A stretch of 64,000 nucleotides of DNA from Candidatus Kapaibacterium sp. GTDB taxonomy: Bacteria > Bacteroidota > Ignavibacteria > Kapaibacteriales > UBA2268. Below, in pieces: positions 50,344-60,042 of the stretch (its first letter is position 1; the number at the start of each line of letters is the position of its first letter). The translations under genes were made by a program, and so were the position numbers. The notes under the pieces were generated by a model. It ran no database searches. It was not told where the DNA came from and worked only from the letters and a program-made list of their open reading frames with translations. Location: positions 3,712,001 through 3,776,000 of the forward strand of contig OY762428.1 in NCBI GenBank assembly GCA_963665665.1. The letters run 5' to 3'.

Positions 50344-50955
50344 TTATCCTTCGGATCCTGTCATTTTGTTCAATTCGTCTCTAAGTTCCGCGGCCTTTTC
50401 GTAGTTTTCTTCCTGAATTGCTTTTTCAAGCTGCATCTGCAGCATTTCAAGTTTGGATTTAGGCTGATCTTCCTCTTTAGGTTTATCCGGTTTTTTCATG
50501 AAACCAAGATCGTCTTCCTCATCTTCAGAGGCAGGAAAGTCTTCTTCACCTTCCTGCGGAGCCAATCCTGTTTCGTCCAAAATGCCACTGTTCACATATA
50601 TCGGAGCTCCGCAACGGACAGCAAGCGCTATGGCATCGCTCGGCCTGGAGTCTATTTCAAGGTTAATGGATTCAAATATCAGTTTGGCATAGAAAGTACC
50701 GTCTCTAAGTTCATTTATGAAAACTTCAGTAAGTGAAGTCCCCATTTTGTCGATCAATGATTTCATAAGGTCATGAGTCATAGGACGCGGGGGAACAACT
50801 CCTTCCATTTCAAGAGCTATAGCCTGGGCTTCAAATGCCCCGATAATAATTGGCAGCCTCCTGCTGCCTTCTGATTCCTTTAAAATTAAAGCGTAGGCGT
50901 TATTACTTGCCGGGCTGGCTGACAATCCCAAAACTACGAGTTGAATTTTTTCCAT
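50344..50955 (-). CDS. Bifunctional nuclease (DUF151) with C-terminal UVR domain
   Basis: LPIIIGAFEAQAIA, RPMTHDL, DSRPSDAIALA, ENYEKAAELRD. Confidence 0.93.
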   Translation of the reverse strand: MEKIQLVVLGLSASPASNNAYALILKESEGSRRLPIIIGAFEAQAIALEMEGVVPPRPMTHDLMKSLIDKMGTSLTEVFINELRDGTFYAKLIFESINLEIDSRPSDAIALAVRCGAPIYVNSGILDETGLAPQEGEEDFPASEDEEDDLGFMKKPDKPKEEDQPKSKLEMLQMQLEKAIQEENYEKAAELRDELNKMTGSEG

Positions 50956-51114
50956 TCCTTGTCTATTCTCTGTTCAATTAAAAAAATATTCCGGTTTACA
51001 GACTTTTTCAATGTCCTTTTATTGCAGTTCGAATAACTGCAAAATGTATTTTAATTTTTCTGCAATATATAAAATGAATTCTTAAAATTAACTTTCTTTT
51101 ATTCCCTAAATCAA

Positions 51115-52623
51115 TTATTCCATCATATCAATAATATTATCAAGTATTGTATCCCGCACTTTAAGTAATGCTACGGCTACGGCAATTCTCCTCGATAACA
51201 GCGGCTGGTTTTCCCTGGATACATTTTCCCTGCCAATCATCATTATCGAAGAACCGCCGCCATCAAGATTCATGGCATTCCATGAGCCTGTCTTTTTCAT
51301 TATTACAGCTAAATCCTGCAGGGATGCCCCTTTGGTTCCCCATTTACGGCTTCCCGGCTGAACAACTCCAAGGTAGAGAGTATCCCCGTTTTGGCTGGCT
51401 CCGATTGCTGTTCTTGGCAGGTGCCGGCTAATAAATCGCCTGCTGCGCGAGCCTTCGAATCTGGCCTCGTGTTCAGCTTTTCCGTTTGTTACCAGGCGGG
51501 GAGTGGCAGACAGGCCAGTTAAAAATTCAATATCAGAAAACTTGTCAGTTTTAGTCATCAGGTATATTGTATCTCCGATCCGGGGTATCAGATTCCGGGG
51601 TATATCAGTTCCGAAAGATAGAACGGCTCCGTTTTCCGGCACCCCAATCGATGTATTAGCCCTGTCGGTAACCTTACACTGGATTTCCCTGTTGATTGCG
51701 GGTTCGTCAATAAATTCTAAAGCTATTTTTTCAAGAGAAAATTCAATATCGGAAATTTTTTTGTTTCTGATTACTTCGGCTTCATATTCATCCATATCGA
51801 ATTCTTCTTCAGTCTGGTCGTCGAAAATTGTATCCTGCAATTGTTCCATCATAGCCTGGTCCAGTATCTGGTCCAATTCCAAATCAAATACAGACGGAAT
51901 CGAATCGCCTGCAAAATGATTATACATTACAATGCCATTTTCAGATTTCCTGCGGTTCACATAGTCAACATCAATTATTCTGCTTTTCCTGTCGATAATT
52001 GTTGTTTTAAGTTGAAATCTGCCAAAATATGGTTTATTATCATAATCAAAAAAAACCGAACTCCATTTTTTATAAGAAGGCATTTCAATTATGTAACCAT
52101 TTACAAATGTGGGGCCTATTGGAAAAACATTATATGCCTTCCAGAAACTACCATTTACGGCTCCGACAACAGACCACTCAGTTGTTGCATCGTAGGTATC
52201 GGCCATATTGTGAAGTTTTTGCAAAGTACCAGCTTTATTATTTGCAAGCATTACGGCAAGCGAACAATTAGGATTTTTCAGATCGGCTTCAAGAAGGTGC
52301 AGAATATGCTGATACCTGCCGCCTTTTATTTTTATCATTTTGTAACGAATACCTTCGGATAAAGTGGTGTCGATGATTACTTTATCCCTTGCAATGCACA
52401 TTTGCCGGTTAAATGGCAAAATAAAAGATATTGCTAATATAAGATAAACAGTAAATTTAATTCTTGAGAGATAAGTTTCATTAGTCAATTGAAACGATGT
52501 CAGGAAGTCGGATATTCCCGACGAAACCTGAGGGTAAATATACCGCAACCTGCTGCGGAATCCGTTTCCAAACTTTACTTTGTGGTTCATATCCCTGATT
52601 TTTCTTTCTGCCATATTATCCAA
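51115..52623 (-). CDS. Phosphodiester glycosidase (NAGPA-like) family protein
   Basis: AVNGSFW, HLPRTAIG, AMNLDGGGSS. True start uncertain. Confidence 0.85.
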   Translation of the reverse strand: MDNMAERKIRDMNHKVKFGNGFRSRLRYIYPQVSSGISDFLTSFQLTNETYLSRIKFTVYLILAISFILPFNRQMCIARDKVIIDTTLSEGIRYKMIKIKGGRYQHILHLLEADLKNPNCSLAVMLANNKAGTLQKLHNMADTYDATTEWSVVGAVNGSFWKAYNVFPIGPTFVNGYIIEMPSYKKWSSVFFDYDNKPYFGRFQLKTTIIDRKSRIIDVDYVNRRKSENGIVMYNHFAGDSIPSVFDLELDQILDQAMMEQLQDTIFDDQTEEEFDMDEYEAEVIRNKKISDIEFSLEKIALEFIDEPAINREIQCKVTDRANTSIGVPENGAVLSFGTDIPRNLIPRIGDTIYLMTKTDKFSDIEFLTGLSATPRLVTNGKAEHEARFEGSRSRRFISRHLPRTAIGASQNGDTLYLGVVQPGSRKWGTKGASLQDLAVIMKKTGSWNAMNLDGGGSSIMMIGRENVSRENQPLLSRRIAVAVALLKVRDTILDNIIDMME

Positions 52624-52920
52624 TCGTCAAAATAAATTTTATTTAATATATTTACCATTAAAGAAACCGAAATATCTTCAAACCGAAAATTAACCATTGT
52701 CGGGTATATTTACTAAAAAAAGATATCTTCTTTTTATGAAAATATTAATAATCATAAACAAATAAATACTTTCGGGTACATCAGCAAAAGCAAAGATCGA
52801 ACCATCGAAGCGAACTGGTTTTTCAGCACAGGCTGGATTGATCTATGTTTTGCATCGCCCTGCAATCTTCTTTACCGGCATAAATATTTGCTTTGCTAAG
52901 TTTAAGTTATAAAATCAAAT

Positions 52921-53400
52921 AAACAATTTAGAATATAATTAGCTTAAGTAATACTATTATCAATCTAAATTACCATATTTTAATATCTTATCAGAATATT
53001 AGTAATTATCTCAATTAAATTATCTATTAATATTATTATTTTTTTGAGGTGTTATAAAATATTATCTGTTGAAATAATAAAATTAATAATCAAAAATATT
53101 ATATAATCGATATAAATTATAAATGATATAATTGATCTAATATTAAAGTTAAACTAAATAAATAGTAATATTATTAATAAATATTATCTGACAGATATGG
53201 AATATTATTATTTATAAATTTAAAATTATAATATGAACCAATAATATTATTATTTATATAAAAAGTTTAGTTAGATGAACTATATCAAGGCTTAGATATA
53301 ATATATATTTTATTATAAATATTATATAATTTATATGATTAGTATGTATTTTAATATTATAGATTAATTATTTGATGATTTGATCAATCTATAGATATTG
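52921..53400. other. Extremely AT-rich non-coding tract
   Basis: Hand count of about 63 G+C in 480 nt (~13% GC); no ORF; AATATTATTATTT occurs three times. Confidence 0.85.
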
Positions 53401-53553
53401 TTCAGGCTAAGAGTTGTAATTCCAGAGTCTGTCAGGAATGAAACAAGGCCGGAAAAAGCTTCAATACTTCCTGAAATGGCAATTGAAAGCCCTGCAAACA
53501 AAATATTAAGATAGAATTTCAGTTTTATTATGGCAAACAGGTTTGAAGATAGG

Positions 53554-53588
53554 AACTTATCCGATGGCCTTAAGCCACCGGATGAGTT
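53554..53588. repeat. REP-like hairpin downstream of ABC permease
   Basis: AACTTATCCGATGGC-CTTAA-GCCACCGGATGAGTT imperfect 35-bp palindrome. Confidence 0.65.
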
Positions 53589-53612
53589 GTTTAAACAAAT
53601 GAAAATAATTAA

Positions 53613-54908
53613 TCAGCCGCGACGTGCCCACTTAATCAGATCTTTAATTGCGGGTTTGCGTCCGGTCATCATTATCCCTATCCTGTATATTCTTGAGCTT
53701 ACCCACAAAGCACCAATGAATGTGCCGATCATCAGTACTACAGACAGAGCTATCTGCCAGAAAGGTACTTCCGTTGCTGCAATTCTTACTATCATCAAAA
53801 TAGGTGAAAACAGCGGGAAGAGCGATAATACTGTTGCAAGCACACTGTCAGGATTCTGCATGATGCTGAATATAAACAGTATAGGTAATATGATTGGCAA
53901 GGTTACGGGTGCCTGAAGCTGCTGAGCATCCTGTTCCTGATCAACGGCGGAACCAACGGCAGCAAAAAGCGATGCATAAATAAAATAACCTGAAAGGAAA
54001 TAGAATACAAATGCTACGCCTATCCATGGGGATATTTCCGGTATCTCGAATCCCTGGGGCAGCCCCTGCCCGGTAGCAGCCATACCCTGCGCCATGTTGT
54101 CAGGTGTGGCAAAGCTGGAAATTATCGGCCCGGCCAGTGAAAGAACTCCAACAGCCAGTATTATCCAGCACAGAACCTGCGTTAGCCCTACAGCTCCGAT
54201 ACCTACTACCTTACCGAACATAATCTCGAAAGGCTTGGCAGATGAGGCAATAACTTCCACTATCCTGTTGCTTTTTTCCTCGATTACGCCTCGCATTACA
54301 AGTCCGCCATACATGAACATCATACCGTAGATCATAAATCCAAGAACATATCCCATAACGGCAAAAGCCTCGGTGTAATCTTTTTGCTCACCTTCCTCGG
54401 TAAGTTTATTGGTTTCAATTTCAAGGCCCTTGTTCACCACTTCAAGTATTTCGTCTGAAGCTCCGGCATCAAGCAGGCGCTGTTTTCTTACTTCCCAGGC
54501 CAGTTCACTGCGGATGGAACCTGTAAATCCAAGACCGCCGCCGCCACGGGTATAAACTTCAACTTTACCGGCTTCAAGAATATTTGCCGGTATTAGCAGG
54601 AACCCGTCAATTTTCGAGTCAAGAACCTGAGTTTTTAGCTCTTCAATCGGAGTGCTTTCAATATAAAATTTGTCCGGCTCGTTATTAACAAGTTTTTCAC
54701 CAAAAAGGCCTGTTTCGTCAACCACGGCAAGTTTTCTTTCTGTGCTGTCCTCGGACATAATAGCTACGAGAGCAGGTATGGTAAGGAATGCAACAAGAAT
54801 CAGCGGCCCGAAAAGAGTACCGATAATAAATCCTTTGGAGCGAATTTTCAGTAAATATTCATGCCTTATGATGTTGAATATCTTGGATGTGCTTTTTCCT
54901 TTCATCAT
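53613..54908 (-). CDS. ABC-2 type transporter permease (NatB/YhaP-like)
   Basis: VIEEKSNRIVEVIASS, GKVVGIG, LFAAVGS, RIYRIGI. Confidence 0.92.
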   Translation of the reverse strand: MMKGKSTSKIFNIIRHEYLLKIRSKGFIIGTLFGPLILVAFLTIPALVAIMSEDSTERKLAVVDETGLFGEKLVNNEPDKFYIESTPIEELKTQVLDSKIDGFLLIPANILEAGKVEVYTRGGGGLGFTGSIRSELAWEVRKQRLLDAGASDEILEVVNKGLEIETNKLTEEGEQKDYTEAFAVMGYVLGFMIYGMMFMYGGLVMRGVIEEKSNRIVEVIASSAKPFEIMFGKVVGIGAVGLTQVLCWIILAVGVLSLAGPIISSFATPDNMAQGMAATGQGLPQGFEIPEISPWIGVAFVFYFLSGYFIYASLFAAVGSAVDQEQDAQQLQAPVTLPIILPILFIFSIMQNPDSVLATVLSLFPLFSPILMIVRIAATEVPFWQIALSVVLMIGTFIGALWVSSRIYRIGIMMTGRKPAIKDLIKWARRG

Positions 54909-55816
54909 TTAGCTCCGTCTTTTGATACAACATCAACAAAAATTTCATGAAGGCTGGGTTCTGCCAGTTCAAAACGGTAAATATCTGTTTTGTCAACAAT
55001 AGTTTTCAGAAATTCTTCAGCTTTTATATCAGAGTTTGTTAACCTGAATTCAACCCTGTTTTCAGCACGGTTGATGAAATGAAGACCATCAATTTCATCC
55101 AGGAATGAATCATCTCCTTCAAATTCCAGGAGAATGGTATCCCGGCCATAGCTCTTTTTGATTTCACGGACATTTCCTTCCAGAACAGCGTTCCCTTTAT
55201 TAATAAGGCAGATATCATCGCAAAGCTGTTCCACCTGCTCCATGATATGGGTTGACAGCAGAATAGTTTTTCCCTGCTCCTTGAATTCCAGGATAACATT
55301 TTTCAGAATATCTGCGTTAATCGGGTCGAAACCTGAAAATGGTTCATCAAGAATTAAAATCTCAGGATCATGCAGAATTGTGGAGATAAACTGAACTTTC
55401 TGCTGCATACCCTTCGAAAGCTCCTGTATTTTCTTTCCTGCCCAGTCGGCAGCGCCGAGCCTTATCAGCCATTCCTGTGCTTTTTTTGTTGCATCAGTTC
55501 TGTTCATGCCTTTGAGCTGTGCAAAATAAAGGAGCTGATCCATTACTTTGATCTTTTTATAAAGGCCTCTTTCTTCGGGCAGGTAGCCGATAATATCCCT
55601 GTGTTCCGGGCTTATTTCTTTTTCTTTTATCAGGATTTTCCCTTCGTCCGGAACGTAAATATTGGTGATCATTCTAATCATCGTAGTTTTACCGGCTCCG
55701 TTAGGGCCAAGCAATCCATAAATTGCTCCCTTCTCAACTCTGAAACTGATGTCGTTGGAAGCAGCATAATCACCGAAATATTTTTTTACATTTTGTACTT
55801 GTATAATATCCATCAA
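54905..55816 (-). CDS. ABC transporter ATP-binding protein (YhaQ-like)
   Basis: GPNGAGKTT, LSKGMQQK, ILDEPFSG, STH. Confidence 0.95.
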   Translation of the reverse strand: MMDIIQVQNVKKYFGDYAASNDISFRVEKGAIYGLLGPNGAGKTTMIRMITNIYVPDEGKILIKEKEISPEHRDIIGYLPEERGLYKKIKVMDQLLYFAQLKGMNRTDATKKAQEWLIRLGAADWAGKKIQELSKGMQQKVQFISTILHDPEILILDEPFSGFDPINADILKNVILEFKEQGKTILLSTHIMEQVEQLCDDICLINKGNAVLEGNVREIKKSYGRDTILLEFEGDDSFLDEIDGLHFINRAENRVEFRLTNSDIKAEEFLKTIVDKTDIYRFELAEPSLHEIFVDVVSKDGAK

Positions 55817-55876
55817 AGTCCCCGTTTTTTAACAAAAACACTAATATAACGGATTTGAATATCTTATGTTTCATTG

Positions 55877-55899
55877 AAAAAAGCCTCCTTGGAGGCTTT
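55877..55899 (-). terminator. Intrinsic terminator
   Basis: AAAAAAGCCTCC-TT-GGAGGCTTT. Confidence 0.7.
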
Positions 55900-55906
55900 A
55901 TCAAAT

Positions 55907-56938
55907 TTAGAATAATCTGTCGTTATATCTTTTCGATTTCCTGTCTTTCCAGGATTGCTTATGATAAGCATAAGATGCAATCAGCGGCCATGTAACTGTG
56001 GCCTCGCCGTAAACCATCTGTTCGTAACTTGTTGAAACTTTGCCCCACGAGCTTGCTTCTTTAAGAGTAGACCCTGAAAGTGCACCGTCGCGTTCGTCGG
56101 CCACTGTAAGCTGAACAGCATATTTGTGCATGGCAGCATCATAACCTAATACGTCTGCTGAAACCACAACATCCTGTGTAAAGTTTTTAGGAACACCTCC
56201 GCCAATCATAAAAATACCTGTCTGCGGAGAATCTATCTTTGTTTTTGTAAGTTCATAGAAATCTTTAGCAGAATCAATAGAAACATGGTTGTCAGGGTTG
56301 GCATGCTGATGGTGAACAAGTCCGAACCCTGCAGAACAATCAGAAAATGCGGGAACAAAGATAGGGAGGCCGGCTTCGTAAGCAGTGCGTACAATTGAAC
56401 CTTCTCCTTTATCGTTGAGAACAAGCCATTTACCCATTTCCTCGATAAATTCACGCGAGCTGTAGGGCCTTGGTTCAAGCGAGTTTGCTATTTCGGCAAT
56501 GGTCATATCACACACTCGAAGTTCGTCCTCGTCGATGTATGTATCGTATATCCTGTCAATTTCAAGATCGCGAAGTTCGTTATCATCGCTGAACGGGCTT
56601 CCCTGGTAATGTTTAAAACCGAGGCCTTCAAAGAAATCCTGATCGACAATGTTGGCGCCTGTGGAAATGATAGCATCAATCATGTTGTTTTTTATCATAT
56701 CAACAACGATAGTTTTAAGTCCGGCGCTGAACAGCGAACCTGCAAGAGTAAGATAAACGGAACAATCTTTATCAGCCAGCATCATATCATATATTTTGGA
56801 AGCCCTGTAAAGGTTGCGGGCCTGGAATGCCATTTTACCCATGGCTTCAACCATTTCGATAGTGTTAAACTTCTTAATGTCAATGTGTTCAACAACCATC
56901 TCAGGATTCAAATAATCTTTTTTTTCGGCCATTTTCAT
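55907..56938 (-). CDS. Deoxyhypusine synthase-like protein (probable homospermidine/polyamine synthase)
   Basis: STGAN, IDRIYD, IGGGVPKN, GALSGSTLKEASSWGKV. Confidence 0.9.
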   Translation of the reverse strand: MKMAEKKDYLNPEMVVEHIDIKKFNTIEMVEAMGKMAFQARNLYRASKIYDMMLADKDCSVYLTLAGSLFSAGLKTIVVDMIKNNMIDAIISTGANIVDQDFFEGLGFKHYQGSPFSDDNELRDLEIDRIYDTYIDEDELRVCDMTIAEIANSLEPRPYSSREFIEEMGKWLVLNDKGEGSIVRTAYEAGLPIFVPAFSDCSAGFGLVHHQHANPDNHVSIDSAKDFYELTKTKIDSPQTGIFMIGGGVPKNFTQDVVVSADVLGYDAAMHKYAVQLTVADERDGALSGSTLKEASSWGKVSTSYEQMVYGEATVTWPLIASYAYHKQSWKDRKSKRYNDRLF

Positions 56939-57020
56939 TTTTCCTTATCAAAGTTTATTGATTATCAAATTCAATTCAAACCAAATTAAGTAAAAAAACA
57001 TACAATTTGTTTAGGAATTT

Positions 57021-58028
57021 TTATACCCTGCTTTTAATGATTTCAAGTTCTTTCTGAAGCCTTCTGTTTTCTTCTGTCAGAACTTTCAGGGTGCTGACAA
57101 TTTTTTTGGTATTAATTTGAGGAATCAGTTCCTTTTGATTTTCGATTTTACTGATAATCACCAGACCTTCAACATTTTTTTTCTCGGTAAGCAGAGGGTA
57201 AACAGTATATTTAACCGAGAGGTCGCCAACATTTTTAAGATAGCTTTTGGGTTCTTTATTAATGATAACCCTTTTGTTAATATTCAGCCTTTTCTTGATT
57301 TCTTCGTTGGACTCGTTTACGAGTATTTCCTGGAACAATTTACCATCCAACTTTGCATTTCTAAGCAATTTGTTTCCCTGGTGAATATAAGCATCCTTGG
57401 CTTTTTCATTTATAAAGATAATATTATTCCTAATATCAAGAACCGTAATACCATCGGAAACCACGCCAAATATCTCCCTTTTATTTCTTTCCTCGCTTGC
57501 AAGTTCTTTTTCGTATTGTTCTTTAAGGGAATGAATAATTGTATTTGTAGGAATGATCTTGAAAAATGATTTGAAGTTCTTACCTTTTCTGATGATTTTC
57601 CAAATAAGAAGAAATATCTCGGATTTATCGTTCTGGCCGATAATTTTAATTATCTTTTCTTCCCGATGCCCGTCGATGAATTCAGTAAGGGATTGATCAA
57701 GGTCCTGTTGTTCTTCTATCGATCGTGTATCACCATCGATTTTTTCCTTTGTATTTCGGGTTGTCTTGTAAATCATAGTAAGAAGATTTTTTCCTCTTTC
57801 GATTTTTTCTGCAACAGATTCAAATATTTTTTCTATTGCTCCATAAGAATTAATAATTCTGAAATCAGCAGTAAATTCAACAATTGCCATTTCGGAATAT
57901 TTAAGAAGCTCATTCATTTCAGCTTCCTGTGTTTGAATTTTTGATTCATATTCCTTTAGTCTGGATTCGTATTTGGATAATTGCGATCTTAAACTTGCAA
58001 CCCTTTCGTCATCATTTGTATTTTTCAT
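57021..58028 (-). CDS. Coiled-coil / PAS-domain protein
   Basis: N- and C-terminal coiled coils; DGITVLD..IIFINEKA PAS start; no catalytic domain seen. Confidence 0.7.
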   Translation of the reverse strand: MKNTNDDERVASLRSQLSKYESRLKEYESKIQTQEAEMNELLKYSEMAIVEFTADFRIINSYGAIEKIFESVAEKIERGKNLLTMIYKTTRNTKEKIDGDTRSIEEQQDLDQSLTEFIDGHREEKIIKIIGQNDKSEIFLLIWKIIRKGKNFKSFFKIIPTNTIIHSLKEQYEKELASEERNKREIFGVVSDGITVLDIRNNIIFINEKAKDAYIHQGNKLLRNAKLDGKLFQEILVNESNEEIKKRLNINKRVIINKEPKSYLKNVGDLSVKYTVYPLLTEKKNVEGLVIISKIENQKELIPQINTKKIVSTLKVLTEENRRLQKELEIIKSRV

Positions 58029-58045
58029 TGTCAGTGATAATAATT

Positions 58046-59974
58046 TTAATCGTTAATTAAACTAAGCGGAAGAGTAAGAATAATATCAGTGCCTTCTCCG
58101 AGTTCACTTCTGACGTCTATCTTACCATCCATTTTATTTACAAATTCATTGCATAGAAGTAGGCCAAGGCCTGTTCCTTTTTCATTCTTGGTGCCGGTGG
58201 TACTTTTTGTTTTTCCCGCCATGAACAGGCAGTCCATTGTTTTGCTGTCCATGCCGAGTCCGTTATCGCTGATAATCAGTTTAATATTATTTTCTTCAAT
58301 AATAGTTGAACTTTGAATCCGTCCGCCAATATTGGTAAATTTTATTGCATTTGAAATTATATTCCTTACAACGGTATTTAGCATATTCATATCAACATAA
58401 GCAATTGCTTCTTTGCTAATACTATTAATAAATTGAATATTTTTTTCTTTTAAATTTTGTGACAGCAGATCAGAATTTAGATTAACCAGGCTATATAAAT
58501 TCACTGTTTCGGGGTTATTATCTATCATATTTCTTTGGGAACGCGACCACTGAAGGATATTTTCGAGAAGTTCCTGAAGGTTTTCAGAAGAAGAGTTGAT
58601 GTCCAGAAGAATTTCCTTAATATTTTCAATTGGCATATCATCAATGTCTGAGATCAACATATTCAGAACACCCCTGAATGATGCGAGCGGGTTTTTAAGG
58701 TCGTGGGCCAGTATTGAAAAGAACTTATCCTTGGTATCATTGCTTTTTATTAATTCCCTTTCAGATTCTATCATTTTCAGTGTTAGTTCATTCAGCTTAT
58801 ATGAATGTTCTTCAACTGCCTGCTGTGAATAACTCAATTCCTCGATCAGGCGGTTCATATCCTTTTCCCTGATCTTTTTAAAAGTAATATCCCTGATTAT
58901 CCCGATTGCATGCCATCTTTTGTTTATTCTGACAGATGAAAGCGATAATTCCACCGGAAATTCCAGGCCATCGCTGCCAACAGCCATCAACTCCAATGTT
59001 TTTCCAACTGCCGGGCCTGAACCGGTTGATCTGAAAGTATGAATTCCTGCCCGGTATTTATCCCTGTATCTTTCGGGTGCCAGGAAATCGTGCAGTTTTG
59101 TGTTTAAAACATCTTCTTTTTTATATCCGAAAATTCTCTCTGCAGCACGATTCCAGAAGGTTATTGCCCCTTCATCGTTCATCATGATAATTCCATCCTG
59201 GGCTGAAGCGCTCATCGATCGAAATTTCAGTTCGCTTTCATGAGCCTGGGTGTTTGCGCGGATAAGATCTGTCAGGTCGTAAATGCTTTCAACGGCTCCA
59301 ACCGTTTTGCCATTGTTGTCCCTTAGTATCATAGCATTTTTTGATACGATCTTGCTGCTGCCCTTTTTGGTTTTAATTACAGTTTCTGTTGTATAGAATT
59401 CCAAAGGACTATCTGATTTATCAAAAAGCCGGCAATTGTTATCGCAGGGATATCCTGAAAATAAGAAACATTCCCTGCCTACAACCTCACCGGCTTTGAA
59501 TCCTGTAATTTCTTCAGCACGCTTATTCCAAAAAGTAATTTTCCGGTTGGCATCAACATAAAATATACCGCTTGGAGCAACTTTCATAAGAATTTCATGC
59601 TGCCTGTGAAGGTCTTCATATTCCGAATAATATTCATGTTGCTTAGTAATATCCTGGAGAATAGACAGCAGGTAGTCTGTATGCCCCTCAATTGATTTAG
59701 TTATCAGGCTAAAATATTTTTGTTTCCCCTTAAATTTTAACTTAAAGGTTTTTTTCCCTTCAAAATAAATATCACTATTATCGGCAGCTGTTTCAATATG
59801 CGGATTTTCTTTAGATAAGTTCCTGAAAATATCATTATAAATGATTATTTTATTATTCGAATCAGAAATAAATGCAGGGAAGGGAAGGTTTGATAAAATT
59901 GAAGAAAACAGGGAATTTAATTTATCCGAACTGTTCATTTTGTCCTTATTGTTTGTTTTTTCAGACATTTTCAC
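58046..59974 (-). CDS. Cytoplasmic PAS-domain sensor histidine kinase
   Basis: PAS domains (FWNKRAEEITG, FWNRAAERIFG), AHDLKNP H-box, NAIKFT, DNGLGM, GTGLGL. Confidence 0.95.
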   Translation of the reverse strand: MKMSEKTNNKDKMNSSDKLNSLFSSILSNLPFPAFISDSNNKIIIYNDIFRNLSKENPHIETAADNSDIYFEGKKTFKLKFKGKQKYFSLITKSIEGHTDYLLSILQDITKQHEYYSEYEDLHRQHEILMKVAPSGIFYVDANRKITFWNKRAEEITGFKAGEVVGRECFLFSGYPCDNNCRLFDKSDSPLEFYTTETVIKTKKGSSKIVSKNAMILRDNNGKTVGAVESIYDLTDLIRANTQAHESELKFRSMSASAQDGIIMMNDEGAITFWNRAAERIFGYKKEDVLNTKLHDFLAPERYRDKYRAGIHTFRSTGSGPAVGKTLELMAVGSDGLEFPVELSLSSVRINKRWHAIGIIRDITFKKIREKDMNRLIEELSYSQQAVEEHSYKLNELTLKMIESERELIKSNDTKDKFFSILAHDLKNPLASFRGVLNMLISDIDDMPIENIKEILLDINSSSENLQELLENILQWSRSQRNMIDNNPETVNLYSLVNLNSDLLSQNLKEKNIQFINSISKEAIAYVDMNMLNTVVRNIISNAIKFTNIGGRIQSSTIIEENNIKLIISDNGLGMDSKTMDCLFMAGKTKSTTGTKNEKGTGLGLLLCNEFVNKMDGKIDVRSELGEGTDIILTLPLSLIND

Positions 59975-60042
59975 CCTGTTTACTATTTATTACCATCAAT
60001 TGAAAATATATAATTTTAAACTAAAAATCCAAGATTTTTATT

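Noticed and set aside
53530-53916. 128-aa plus-strand ORF and other antisense ORFs inside known genes
   Set aside because: Shadow frames opposite well-supported CDSs, with no independent motifs.
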